A DNA stretch of 64,000 nt from assembly GCA_028826165.1 (NCBI GenBank), contig JAPDFW010000080.1:186001-250000 (forward strand). Reading direction: 5' to 3'. Under the pieces are notes generated by a model that saw only the letters and a list, made by a program, of their open reading frames with translations, searched no databases and was not told the DNA's origin. Of the stretch, positions 12,264-25,901 are shown piece by piece. Position numbers and translations under genes: made by a program. Source of the stretch: Anaeramoeba ignava BMAN (Eukaryota; Protista; Anaeramoebae). Numbering within the stretch: position 1 is the stretch's first letter; each line of letters begins with the position of its first letter.

Positions 12264-13204
12264 ATGTCAACAGAAAAAATTGAATATACTTATGAAGAAG
12301 CAAAAGAAAAAATTGAAGAAATAAAAAGAGAAACAATAAAAACATATGAAAAAAGAATAGAAAACATACGAATATCACATGAAAAAGAAATATCATTATT
12401 TGAAAAAAAAATAGAAGGATTAGAAAGTAACGATCTTAACGATCTTAAAAGAATTACAAAACTTTCCAAAAAAAACTAAAAAAAAACTAAAAAAAAACTT
12501 AAAAGAAAATTTAACTAAAAATTTAACTAAAAATTTAACTAAAAATTTAACTGAAAATTTAACTAAAAATTTAACTAAAAATTTAACTAAAAATTTAACT
12601 AAAAATTTAACTGAAAAATATTTTATTCTTATTTTAATTTTAATTTTAATTTTAATTTTATAAATGAATTTTAATTTTATAAATGAATTTTAATTTTATA
12701 AATGAATTTTAATTTTATAAATGAATTTTAATAATAAACAAATAAAAAGACCAACTTGAACGTCGTTCACTAGCTTTAAAACAAGCAAAATCTTTAAAAA
12801 AAGACTTAGATGTTGAAAAGAAAAAATATCTGGAGGAAAATTCTGATTTTAAAAAAAAAATTGATTCACAAACAATGGATTTACTTGAAATTATGAATCA
12901 AAATAGAGACTTAAGATTTCAATTAGAAAAAAGTGAAGAAAAAGAAAAAGAAGAAAATCATAATATGAATGATGCAAATTTACAAAATTTAAGGAGTTCA
13001 ATTTCGGAGAAAAATATCTCACATTCACGTTCTTTGAATCCTGTTAGTAAAACTCAAAATCTTGTAAAACCAGATCCTCCTGTTATTCAAATTTCAAAAT
13101 CTAATAAAAGCAAAAATGAAAATCCTCAAAAAGAATCCCAAAATCAAACAAAAAAAAACAAAAAACGATTTTTATTTTGGAGGAAAAATTCAAAAAAGAA
13201 ATGA
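12264..13204 (+). CDS. Hypothetical coiled-coil protein (~205 aa) with basic C-terminus; exons 12264-12426, 12750-13204
   Basis: A GT-AG intron (12427-12749) joins the two ORF fragments in frame; the product is E/K-rich with heptad character. Confidence 0.65.
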
Positions 13205-13339
13205 TTTCAAATTCTGTATTATTTTCTTTGCAGAAAAATATTTCCTTAAATTCAAAATTAAATATTTTTTTTTTAATTTCATTTTTTCATTTTTTTCTTT
13301 AAAAATTAAAAATTAAAAAAAAGAAAAAGAAAAAGAAAA

Positions 13340-15094
13340 ATGAATGAAATTTTATTTTTTGGTTCAAATAAATTTCCAAAACTTTTCAAAAATGAACAAG
13401 ATTCAATAACAAAACCAATTCAATTTAAATTTGAAAATGAAAATGAAAATGAAAATGAAAAACAAATTAAACAAATTTCATCAGGTTATTTTGGAATAAT
13501 TTTTCTTTTTAAAAATGGAAAAGCAATAGAATATTTAAAAGAAAATAATTTAAAACAAAATCCTCAAAAAATCCAAATTGAAGAAAATATTCAAAAAGTA
13601 ACTGTTGGTGTTCAAAATGAAGCTATTTTAACATTAGAAGGAAATGTATTTGCCAAAGGAAAAGATATTAATTCAAAAAATCCAAATGAATTTATCAATA
13701 TTTCATCATTAATTAAAAATAAAAAAGATAGAATAATTGAAGATATTGTTTCTGGAAGAAATTCAATTTATTTATTAACTTCAAATCGAAATACTTATGG
13801 AATTGGTTCAAATAGATATGGTCAAATTGGTTATAAATCAAAAAAAACAGAAAAACCAATTTTAATGATGAAAAATGTTTCTAAAATATTTTCAGGAAAT
13901 ACATCATTTCATGTTTTTCTTTTAAATTCAAATCAAGAATTATTTGGATGCGGATATAATTATTATGGTCAACTTGGATTAGGAGAATCAAAAAAAGAAA
14001 TAAGCATCAAAAAATTAACCAAAATCCAAAATATTCCAAAAGGCAAAATAATTGATATTCAATGTGGAAATACTTATTCAATAATGTTGATTGAAAATGA
14101 AAATGAAAATCCAAAAAGAAAACTTTATTCATGTGGATTTTATAAATATAATGGACTTGGCAAAAATCAAAATATCTATGAATTTACTGAAATCAAATCA
14201 TCTTTATTTGAAAAAAATGATAATATTCTTGATTTTTCTGTTGGAAATTATCATACTTTGATTTTAACAGAAAAAGGGAAATTGATAGTATTTGGGTTAA
14301 ATGATTATGGTGAATTAGGAACTGGAGATACAAATAATCAATCAATTCCAATTCAAATTGAACTTCCTAAATTAAGATTTAATGAAGATATTTCCAATTA
14401 TCATGTTCTTTGTGCATATTACAATTCATTTCTTTATTATTCTCCTTCTTCTTTTTCTAATCTTGAAGAAGATTTGATAAAATTATTTGAAAGAAAAGAA
14501 TTTTGTGATATTTCATTTAAAACCAAAAATGGAGAAATAATTGAAGCTCATAAATTAATATTGAAATATAGACTAAATCAAAATGAAATTGAAATTGAAA
14601 AACTTCAAGAAATTATTTCAAAAAAATTAATTAAAGAATCAAATCAAATATTTGAAATGATTTATTCAAACAGAATAATAAATCCAAAATTATATTCTGA
14701 AATTAAAGAAATTATAAATTCAAATGAAAAAATTGAAGAAACAATGAAAAGAATTTATTTAAATGAAAATGAAAAAGATTTTATTATTGAAAGAAAAGAA
14801 AAACAATATAAATTTCCTAAATTAATATTAATAATGAGAAGTGAATTATATCGAGGAATGTTTTTATCTGTAACTGAAGATACTTCTAATAAAGTTACAG
14901 ATTATAGTGAATTAAGTAATAAATCATTTCAAATATTTGAATATTGGATTTATTCAAATCAAATTAAAAATGGAATTGAAATTACACAACAAATTATTAA
15001 TGAGATTAAAATTGGAATTGATTATTTTCAATTAAATCAAACAAATCCAAATTTAGTTGATTTATTAATTAAGAAATTTAATAATCAAAATTAA
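13340..15094 (+). CDS. RCC1-repeat (RLD) + BTB domain protein
   Basis: G.N.YGQLG repeats, SVGNYHTLILT..G, and BTB-like IEAHKLIL and FPKLILIMRSELYRGMF. Confidence 0.88.
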   Translation: MNEILFFGSNKFPKLFKNEQDSITKPIQFKFENENENENEKQIKQISSGYFGIIFLFKNGKAIEYLKENNLKQNPQKIQIEENIQKVTVGVQNEAILTLEGNVFAKGKDINSKNPNEFINISSLIKNKKDRIIEDIVSGRNSIYLLTSNRNTYGIGSNRYGQIGYKSKKTEKPILMMKNVSKIFSGNTSFHVFLLNSNQELFGCGYNYYGQLGLGESKKEISIKKLTKIQNIPKGKIIDIQCGNTYSIMLIENENENPKRKLYSCGFYKYNGLGKNQNIYEFTEIKSSLFEKNDNILDFSVGNYHTLILTEKGKLIVFGLNDYGELGTGDTNNQSIPIQIELPKLRFNEDISNYHVLCAYYNSFLYYSPSSFSNLEEDLIKLFERKEFCDISFKTKNGEIIEAHKLILKYRLNQNEIEIEKLQEIISKKLIKESNQIFEMIYSNRIINPKLYSEIKEIINSNEKIEETMKRIYLNENEKDFIIERKEKQYKFPKLILIMRSELYRGMFLSVTEDTSNKVTDYSELSNKSFQIFEYWIYSNQIKNGIEITQQIINEIKIGIDYFQLNQTNPNLVDLLIKKFNNQN

Positions 15095-15183
15095 AAATTA
15101 AAAAATTTTTATTCAAATATTCATTTATTCATGGAAATTTCTAAAAAAAAAAAGTGAATTTGGATTTGATATTAAAAATTAAA

Positions 15184-18100
15184 TTATCTTCCAGTTTCCT
15201 TTTTTCTTGTTCTGGAAAGAAAGTAAATTGAAAGAATCCAACAAATACCAACAAAAGCAAGTAAAATTCCTGCATTTTCCCAATAATTCACATTATAATA
15301 ACCTTTTTGTTTGAGGTATTGCTCTCCACTTGTAATAGGACAAATACCTTCAACCAATTCAGACTGAGAACAAGTAAATGTAAGACCAGTATATTCATTT
15401 TTGACAGCAGCAAGAAATGAATACTTAAGAGGATCAATATATTGGATCCAAGAAAGAGCTTTAGTGATATTGTTGAGATTAATCATAAATCCACAAAACA
15501 TTGTCATAGGAACAAGTAAAATGGGGGCAATAGAAAGTGCAATTTCAGGAAGTCTGACAGCAGCTGAAATCATGAATCCAAATCCACTTCCTGCAAATGA
15601 TTGAAGAATGCAAAACCCAACAAGTGTAAATAAAGGTTTTGGATTCATTTGCAATCCTGCTATTGCAGATATTATTATCGTGAAGATTGTCGGAACAATA
15701 ACAGAAAATGGTAATTCAATTAGAACTTTGGAAATGAAAAATGAAAATGTTGAATATGCTGAGTCCATTGATTCCCGAAGAAAAATTGCCTTTTCTTTGG
15801 CTAGTTCAAATAAAACAACATTCATTGATAACATCATTTGACTCATAATTGCAAAAAATAAAATCCCCATCCGATCATTCAATCCACTTTGCTTGTCTGA
15901 AACTCCTGTGAAAATCCATCCTACTAAACATGCTAATAATGTTGGTTGGAGCACTCTTTGCACTAGATAATTTTTTTGGTTTCTTACTCCATAAAATCCT
16001 CTTTTTGTTAGAATCCATGTCTTTTTGAATGGATTTGCTGTTGGTTCCAAATGGAGATTTAATTTCTCTTTTGGGATTTCCATTGATAATGCCGCTTTCA
16101 TTAGATCCGATTTATTGAAATGGCTAACAAGTGATTTGATGAATTCTAATGTCCCAACTTCTCCTTTTACTACCCCATTTGAGTTGTTTTTGATTGGATC
16201 TGTACTTTTTAATTTATTGACAGTAATCTCTTCAAAATCATTTGGAATATCTTCAGTATCTAAATCATCATCATTATTTGGATTTTGTTTTTCATTTTGA
16301 TTCATCTTTCCGTTTGACATTTCATTTATTTTATTTTCATCATTTTCATTATTATCATCTAACTGAATTTCATCCTTTTGATAAATTGATAATGCTTTAC
16401 TTAATTTATTAATTGTTTCTTCTTTTTGGAGTTCTTCTTCAGGAAGTGAAACTAAATCAATTAACCAATCTGCAAGATTTGTATTTCTTGGTGGGAAAAA
16501 ATTAATATTAGAGAAATAATTTTCAATTTCATTAATAGGTCCAAAATAAACTAATTTTCCATGTGAAAGAAGAACTAAATAATCAAATAATTCAAAAATT
16601 GATTGTCTTGGTTGATGGATTGTTGAAATGATTGTTCTTCCTTCTTTAGTTAAATCTTTTAAAATTGAAGTGCATAAATAAGCTGTTTGAGCATCTAATC
16701 CACTTTTTTGTTTTTTTTTTAAAAGATAAATAAAGAATTTTAAATTTTAAATTTTTTCATTTTTTCAAAATTTACGAAGTTGGTTCATCAACAAGAATAA
16801 CACTTGGATTTGTAACAAGTCCCATTCCAATATTAACTCTTTTCATTTCTCCTCCACTAATTCCTCTTTTAATTCCTGTTTCTGGTGAACCAACAACTAT
16901 ATCAGCACAATGTTCAATTTGTAAACTTTTCAAAATATTTCCAACAATTTGATTCTTTTCTTCGTCTTTTATTCTTTTTGGGAGTCTTAAATCAGCACCA
17001 AATTTCAAAATTTGACGAGGAGTTAAATTAGTATGCATTGTATCTTGTTGAGTAACATATGAAAGAATTTTATTGATATTACTTGAATATGGTTCATTTC
17101 CAAATAAAATTGAACCTTCAGATTTTCCTGAAAGTCTTCCAGCGATTGAATTTAAAAGAGTTGTTTTCCCTTTTTTTTTTATTTATCAAACAAAATTAAA
17201 TCAAAATCAAAATTAAATTAAAATCAAATTAAATCAAATCAAAATCAAAATCAAAATCAAAATCAAAATCAAAATCAAAATCAAAATCAAAATCAAATTC
17301 AAAATTAAATTTAAAATCAAAATCAAAATCAAAATCAAAATCAAAATCAAAATCAAAATCAAAATCAAAATCAAAATCAAATCAAATCAAATCAAAATCA
17401 AAATTAAATCAAAATCAAATTAAATCAAATTAAATCAATTCAATATTCAATATTCAATATTCAAAATCAATAATCAATATTTAATAATCAATATTTAATA
17501 ATCAATAATTAATATTCAATATTTAATATTCAATATTCAATAATGAATAATCAATAATCAATAATTAATAATTAATAATTAATATTCAATAATCAATAAT
17601 CAATAATCAATAATCAATAATCAATATTCAATAATCAATAATCAATAATCAATAATTAATAATTAATATTCAATATTTAATAATCAATAATTAATATTCA
17701 ATATTCAATATTCAATATTCAATAATCAATAATCAATAATTAATAATCAATAATCAATAATCAATCAATATTCAATAATCAATAATTAATATTCAATATT
17801 CAATAATCAATAATCAATAATCAATAATCAATAATTAATATTCAATAATCAATATTTAATATTCAACAATCAATAATCAATAATCAATAATCAAATCAAA
17901 ATCAAATCAAAATCAAAATCAATATTCAATAATCAATAATCAATAATCAATATTTAATAATCAATATTTAATATTCAATAATCAATAATCAATATTCAAT
18001 AATCAATATTCAATAATCAATAATCAATAATCAATAATCAATAATCAATATTTAATAATCAATATTCAATAATTAATATTCAATAATCAATAATCAATAA

Positions 18101-18571
18101 TCAATAATCAATATTCAATAATTAATATTCAATATTCAATAATTAATAATCAATATTCAATAATCAATATTTAATATTCAATAATTAATATTCAATATTC
18201 AATAATCAAAATTCAATAATTAATATTCAATATTTAATAATCAATAATCAATAATCAATAATCAATAATTAATAATTAATAATTAATATTCAATAATCAA
18301 TAATCAATAATCAATAATCAATAATCAATAATCAATAATCAATATTTAATATTCAATAATCAATAATTAATAATCAATATTTAATATTCAAAATCAATAA
18401 TCAAAAGCAAATAAATTATTTACCTGCACCAGAAGCACCAATTATTGCAACTAAAGAACCAGAAGGAATCGATAAATTAATATGATCCAAAATTGTTTTA
18501 GAACCTTTCTTTGTTTTAACACTAAAAGAAAAATCTCTAACAAATATTGGAATCTTTGTTATTTCAGTCAT
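15184..18571 (-). CDS. ABCG (White-like) half transporter (~686 aa); exons 18571-18424, 17169-16776, 16702-15184
   Basis: Walker A GASGA|GKTT is split by intron 18423-17170. Signature ISGGEMKRV is present, Walker B VILVDEPTS|GLD spans intron 16775-16703, and there is a C-terminal ABC2 membrane domain. Length is divisible by 3. Confidence 0.92.
17195..18405. repeat. Compound microsatellite (AAAATC hexamer, then AATAATC/AATATTC heptamers) in ABCG intron 1
   Basis: Directly visible. Confidence 0.9.
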
Positions 18572-19254
18572 TTTTTAATTGTTTTTGTTTTTGTTTTTGT
18601 TTTTGTTTTTGTTTTTGTTTTTGTTTTTTGGTTTTTTTTGAAAGAAATCAAAAAAAAAAAATAATGAAATCTAGAAAAAAATTTTTTTTTCTTAAAAATC
18701 AATTCAAAATACGTGGCAAATTTATTTTTTAAGATCTAATAGAATAATTAAAAAAAACCAAAACTTTCATAAAAAGAAAGCAATTTTAAATTTCGAAAAG
18801 AAAAAAGAAAGAAAATTAAAAAGACAAAAAAAAAAAAAACCAACACGTAATCAAATTTCTTTTAAAAATTTAAGTTATTTTTTTAATTATTTATTGATCA
18901 AATTGATTTAAATTTAATTTAATAAATTAATAATTTAATAATTTTTATAAATATAAAGAGTTCTTCTAAAAATTCAATTTCGATCTTTTTTTGTTTTTTT
19001 TTTTGTTTTATTAAATTTTTTCAAATAACAAAAATTAACATGAAAAAAAAAAAATTTTTTACTCTTGATAATTCAGGCAAAATAAAAAAAAGGGAAGCTT
19101 TTCTAAATATTATTTTAAAATAAAAATTATTAATAATCCAAATTTAAATTTAATTTAAAAATGAAAATTTTATAAAGAGGAAACTGACACGTAATTTGAA
19201 AAATAAATTTTTTGACAATAAAAATCAAAGAAAAACAAAAAAAAACAATTTGGA

Positions 19255-19507
19255 ATTTCTTATTAAATTTGTTATTAAAATTCTTATTAAATTTCTTATT
19301 AAATTTCTTATTAAAATTGTTATTAAAATTTGTTATTAAATTTCTTATTAAATTTGTTATTAAATTTGTTATTAAAATTGTTATTAAAATTGTTATTAAA
19401 TTTGTTATTAAAATTGTTATTAAATTTGTTATTAAATTTGTTATTAAATTTGTTATTAAATTTGTTATTAAATTTGTTATTAAATTTGTTATTAAATTTC
19501 TTATTAA
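19255..19507. repeat. 12-bp (AAATTTGTTATT)n intergenic minisatellite
   Basis: About 20 tandem copies visible. Confidence 0.9.
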
Positions 19508-19647
19508 AAAAACAAAAAAAAGGAAATTTGGAATTTTGACTTTATTCTTTTTTTTTTGGATTTTAAATCAAAAGTAAAAAAAAAACAGAAACAGAAACAG
19601 AAAAAGAAAAAAAAGATTTGAAAAAAAGAAAAAGGAAAAGAAAAAGA

Positions 19648-22600
19648 TTAGATTTTAGTAAATTCTCTTCTAATAGGTTCTCCCATTGTTTCAATCATTG
19701 ATTCTAATTTTTCTTTTAATTCTTTATCATTCTCTTCCAAATATCCCAAAAGTCTGTCTTTATTGAAACAGATATATCTATGAATAATTGCGAGAGAGCT
19801 TAAAACAACATTTTGAGGATATTTAATTTGTTTCAATTCATCATTTTCATCTCTAACAACAGGCGAAGCAAGAAGATCAAAAAACTATCAAAAAATTTAA
19901 AATTAAAATTAAAATTAAAATCAAAATTAAAATTAAAATTAAAATTAAAATTAAAATCAAAATTAAAATTAAAATCAAAATTAAAATCAAATTTAAAATT
20001 AAAATTAAAATCAAATTTAAAATTAAAATTAAAATTAAAATTAAAATCAAAATTAAAATCAAAATTAAAATTAAAATTAAAATTAAAATTAAAATTAAAA
20101 TTAAAATTAAAATTAAAATTAAAATTAAAATTAAAATTAAAATTAAAATTAATATCAAAAAATTACCTCATAAGCTTTTTGTTTGTTTGTAGTAATAAAA
20201 ACTGAAAGATCTTCAAATCCAGCTTCTCTAAAATTAGTTCCATTAGCTACATTCTGAAGAATTTTTGCAACAAGAATCAAATGTCTTCTTGCAGTATCTG
20301 ATGGTTTTCTTCTCACAAGTCCATATGATTCAGGGGCAGTAATAGCTGGACAAACAAATCGAAGGAAAAAGAAAGATCCAACTGAAATATTTTTTGATTG
20401 TGGAAACTTCTCATTTACATTTTTCTGGAGTAATCGACTAATCTCTCTAAATTCGATAGGAACAAAATCCAAGGATTTGGATAATCGATAAAGAACTTTT
20501 TGAGCTGAAAGAAGTAATCTCCATCTATTAACATCAACTGAATTGATTTCTCGATCACTTGAATCATCACTATCATCTGGATTCTTACTCTTATTGTTAT
20601 TGTTATTGTTGTTATTGCTTGATTGTAACAACTTTACCTCGCTTACTTCAACTGGATCTGTTAATTCTTTGCAAATTTGATAAATTTCAATTCCAATTGT
20701 TTTATAAAGATAAGGAAGTCCATAAAGTTTGGAGTAAATTGCAAGAAATTTACTTGCAAAGCTATTACTTCTGAAAAGTGTTCCTGGATCTGTTATCAAG
20801 CCAACCTCATGAATAATTCTTTCTTTGATTAAATCAAGTGCAGAATTTTGGGATTCATTTTCAAGAAGATAAATCAACGCTCGACAAAGAGAATCAGCAT
20901 CAGCTGGACGAATCACACTGAATAAAGCTTTGATGACTTTTTTGTCAGGATGAATAACCAATTTGCGAAGTTCTTCCATTCCCGAAAGTTGTTTTTTTTG
21001 TCTTCTTGAGAATTCGGCATCGTAAATATCTCCAAACATATAAGGAGTGAAATCAGGAGGAGGAGGAAGTTTGACTTTGAATTTTCTTTTCATGTAAACA
21101 ACAACAAGAATAGCAATAATAGCCACCGTTCCAAGAGAAACACCCAATCCAACTCCCAAAGCAACTTTGGTATTTGCTTTTGTTTTGGTTGTTTTCGAAT
21201 CACTCCAAGGACCTGCTCCCAGAGGATTCACAGCACAAACTTTGATTGTGTAATCTGTTGAGGCAGAAAGATCACCAAGTGTCATTTGTGTTGCATAAGA
21301 CAACACTTGTGCTGAACCTTTACTTGATTCTTGGTCTATGATGTAATATGATATTTCTGAACCTTGTGGATCTGGTGCATCCCATTGAACTGATACTGTA
21401 GTATCGCTTGATGATTCCACTTTCAATCCTGTGACTTCTGTTGGATGTGATGCCGATGTTTTGAAAATAACAGGCTTGCTGAAGTTACTTTGGTAGCCAT
21501 CAAACTCTGATTGAATTTGGATAGTTTGTTCTGTAAATGGTGCCAAGTTATCAATTCTTTTACTTATTGTCATGATTCCTGAATAAGAAATGCTTTCGTT
21601 CACAAGAAGTGTGTACATGTCATTTTCGGAGTTTGGTGGATACCATCCAACATTGATTGATGTGTTTGTTATTTGTTGTGCGTAAATATAGGTAATTGTT
21701 TTTGGAGCAGGTGAACCTGTTGATAAAGAAATGGACACAGCATTTCCATAACCAATTTCGTTATGTGGTTCAACATATACGGTGTATTCAGTTAAATAGG
21801 AAAGGCCTGTGATTGTGAAGGGTGTGGTTGTTGTATTTGCAGTGTTTGTGGAAGAATCTTGTAAATGGATTTTTTCAATTTTTTGGATTTGAAAGGAGGA
21901 TGATGTTGTTGTGTTATTCCAAGAAACTCGATAATAATCAATTTCTGCTCCTCCGTTAGATTTAGGTTCAAGCCATTCCATAACTAATGCATTTCCATCT
22001 GGTGTCCCTGTTAAATTGACAACTTCTGTTGGGAGAACTGGAGGTAATGTTTCAACATAAACACCTTGTCCCAGAGTAGAACTTGGACCTATATCATTAT
22101 ATGCCTTCATACGAACATAGTATTCCCCTGAAAGCAATCCAGTAACATTAAACATTGTGTTGTTATTTGAAGTATTAAGATATGTAACTCCTCCTTTTGA
22201 TACAGAGGTGTACACAATCGTATAAGTAATAATAGAAGAACCTCCTGTATCAGGTTGTTTCCATTCAAGTTCGAATGAAGTTGGTGAATCTGAAGTTGCA
22301 TTCAAAATTTCAACAGTACCTGGTGTTTGTGGATATTCTGTTGTGCCTGAAGTATCAGCTGGAAGTGATTTTCCTACAGAATTAAATGCCCAAACAGTAA
22401 TAGTATATGTTCCAGTAAATAAGCCATCACACACAAATAATATATAATCATTATAATTAATTGATGCTGATGAAGTGTAATTATAGATTGCTCCGTTAGC
22501 TTGATTTTGAGCTGATATATTATACCCCAAAATAGGAGCGCCATTGGGTGAGGAAGGAGCCCAATAAATTGTGATACTTGATGAAGAAGTACCTGTAACT

Positions 22601-25600
22601 TGAAGTGAGGAAACTTGAGATGGAACTTCTGCTTCAGCTTCAGTTATACAAAATGTTGTTGCAATTGTTCCATTTCCAGCCTCATTTTGAGCTGTTACAT
22701 TAACAGTATAATTTGAGACTAAAACATTGTTAAAAGTATATTCAGTGTAATTTCCAATTGATACTGAATCAGTTGTTCCATAGGATTCAGATTCATAAGA
22801 AATGAAATATCCTGTGATTTTGCTTCCTCCATTATACAACGGGGGTTCCCAAGTAACATATAGTTGAGAAATCATTGATGAGTTTTGAGTTGCTGTGAGT
22901 GATTGAACTTGAGATGGGGTTGTTGCATTCAATGTTTGAACATCTATTAAATCACTCCTCAAACCTATTCCATGTTTGTTTTGAGCTGCAATTTGAATGG
23001 AATATTCTCCAGACAAAAGACCATCCATCAAATAAGTAGTTTCATTATTGTTAGTTGTGAGGGATTGATTTACTTCATTGAATCCGTAATAGATGATATA
23101 TTTTTCAATCCAAGCTCCATTTTCATTTGGTGCAATCCAACTCAAAGAAAAATTTGTTGATGTAATATTACTTGAACTAACATTCGTTACTTGTCCAGGA
23201 ACACCTGTTTGTGTTGTTGAAGCGTTAATTTCGTTGCTGTAATTTGAATATCCAATGGAATTATTTGCTCTGACTTTAATTATATAAGTACCACCTGGAA
23301 CAGATAAATTGTATTGAGTAACATAGCTAGTTTCGTTATAGTATTGAGAGTCGCTGATTTCCCTATATGTGATTTCGTAGGCAATAATCGGTCTTCCTCC
23401 ATCTGATACTGGTTCTGACCATATCAAATCAATCCAACTTGTGTCTCCACTTTGTTTGTAAAGATCGATTACTGGAGAAGGTACTTGAGGTTGTTGAGTA
23501 TTAAATGTGAAATTTTGTGATATATCTCCTGATCCATTTATGTTTTCTGCTGATATTCTGATATCATATGTTCCACTCTCAAGATTTGTTAAATTTTTTG
23601 AAGTTGTTATTGATGTCAAAGTTGTCCAATCAGTACATCCTTCTTCACAAAAATAAATAGTGTAATAATTAATCAAAGCTCCATTATTTGAAGGTTCTTC
23701 CCATTCAATGTCCAATGATGTCGATGTTGCTCCAATTAAACTTATATTTGTGATTATTCCTGGTCGTTCTGAGGATGATGTGTTCATTGTTTTGGAAGTA
23801 TAGGAGCTGTAATAACCATTATATGCTCGAATACTGACACTGTATGATCCTGAGAGTAAATTAGTAGCATTGGCTTGGAAAGTGGTATTACTCACATTAA
23901 ATTCTTCTGTGATTTGTCCAACTAATTTGATGTTATATAATAATATTAATTTTCCTCCATTTGATGATGGTTCAGTCCAACTGAAGAGAATACTATCACA
24001 AGTGGAACTTTGTTGTTCTAAGTCAAGAACTGATGATGGACTAATAAACGGTTGTGTATATACTTTAAGTGATTTAGAATATGAACTTGAGTTAGTTGCT
24101 GTGATACTTCGACCAATTACATAATATTCGCCTGAAAGAAGATCTGTTGCTGTGTAACTTGTTGAATTTCCTGTAACATTAACTGATGTGTTTTGCGAGC
24201 CATTTCTCCAATAAATTATTTCATATTCAATGATCTCTTCTCCTCCATCATAAGGATATTTCCAAATAATTTCCCATGATGTTGAAGTGTTTTTGTTTTC
24301 ATGAAATTGAGGAGGATCTGGAGCAACTGGCGGGAGTGTTTTTATTACAATTTCGGTTATTACTCCTGGACCTTGATTGTTTATTCCTTGTATTCTTACC
24401 TTATATGTTCCTGATTTTGTCACATTAACTGGGAGATTTGTATAGTTTGCTGATAAAGTTGAGTGGTTCCAATTATCTGTTCCATTTAGTGCATAGGATA
24501 CTTTATATGAAGTAACTCCAAATTGAGAAGGAGGTTGCCATGTAACTGTGAAATTAGTTGGTCCAATGTATGATGATTGAAAATTGTTTACTTGAGGTGG
24601 GGTACATTGATAACTTCCTTTAAAAAAAAATGAAAATATTTATTTTAATATTCATTTCATGTTTTTGGAAAAATTTTTATTTACCATTATTAGAAGTTGT
24701 ATTAATAGGACAATCAATACATTCAGTGGATGCATAATAAGGAGTATAAGTATTACTAGAACAAGGAGAACAACTTGAAGATTTTATAGTATTGCTATAA
24801 GTACCAGGATCACAAGGAAGACAAGAGCTATTAGTAGCAGAACGGTAATATCCAGCTTGACAAAAACAACTACCAGTAGGATAACAAAATCCACCATTTC
24901 CACATTCTGTACAATTTCCAAGATAACCTTGTGAATAATTACAAGCTGGTCCTGATCTTCCATTTGCAAAATGCTTATAGGCATCGTAAATATTGTCTGC
25001 TCCATTTCCAGCTAAATTAGAAAATATATTTGTGTTTTTAAATGTTATCATTGCTTGTGTTGATGATGAACTCGGTAAATCACAATAAAATCCTCCTCCT
25101 TCGTTAATTGCTCTATTATTAATGATGTTTGTTCCTTCAAAATTTAAATTACATCCTGCATTATAAATTGCTCCTCCATCTATTCCAGTATTATTTTCAA
25201 ATAAACAATTTTTAATAGTTGCAGAATCTTGACCATAACAAGTTAATTGAATTCCACCAGCTATTTTGATTTTGATTTAAATTTTAATTTTAATTTTAAT
25301 TTTAAATTTTAATTTTAATTTTAATTTTAAATTTTAAATTTTAATTTTAATTTTAATTTTAAATTTTAATTTTAATTTTAGAAAAAAATAGTTTACCTTT
25401 ATCATTTCCATCAGTTCCATTTCCTTGACAATTTATTATAGTCAAACCTTCAATTGAAAATGAATGGCCATTTAATGTAAAATTAAAGCAAATTATACCT
25501 CCACCATCAATAATAGTTTTTTCATATCCATCAGTTGAAAATATATTAACAGAGAAACCAGTAAAATTTACACTTTCACTAAGCCAATAATTACCAGGAG

Positions 25601-25901
25601 CAACAGAAATATTCAGTTCATTTATGTGATTTATGTAATTATTCTTGCTAATTTCTTTAGCTGCTTTGTTGATTGCTGAAAAAGTTTTGCAAGGTTGAGA
25701 AGCTCTCCTACAATGATTTGAACGTGTCCCACCACTCCATTTTATTGTATCTGTTCCATTGACTGAATTAACATATAAATTTCTAATTTTATTGAAAGAT
25801 TGATATGGAGTTGGAGTTGGACTCCAACCTCCAGACAGAGATTGTGTTGAAGTAAAAGAAAAGAGTAAGATCAAAAAGAAAATTGTTAAGATTTTTAACA
25901 T
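19648..25901 (-). CDS. Type-I membrane receptor with cytoplasmic RasGAP domain (~1922 aa); exons 25901-25397, 25260-24685, 24617-20167, 19884-19648
   Basis: Signal peptide MLKILTIFFLILLFSFTST; GGAI/GGG beta-helix repeats; EGF-like CGNGGFC..CFCQAGY; Cys-rich CLPCDPGTY..CSPC; 12 FN3 repeats; TM VALGVGLGVSLGTVAIIAILVVVYM; RasGAP motifs TLFRSNS, FFLRFVCPAI and KILQNVAN. All three GT-AG introns join in frame. Confidence 0.88.
19895..20155. repeat. (AAAATT)n hexamer microsatellite in the last intron of the RasGAP receptor
   Basis: Directly visible. Confidence 0.9.
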
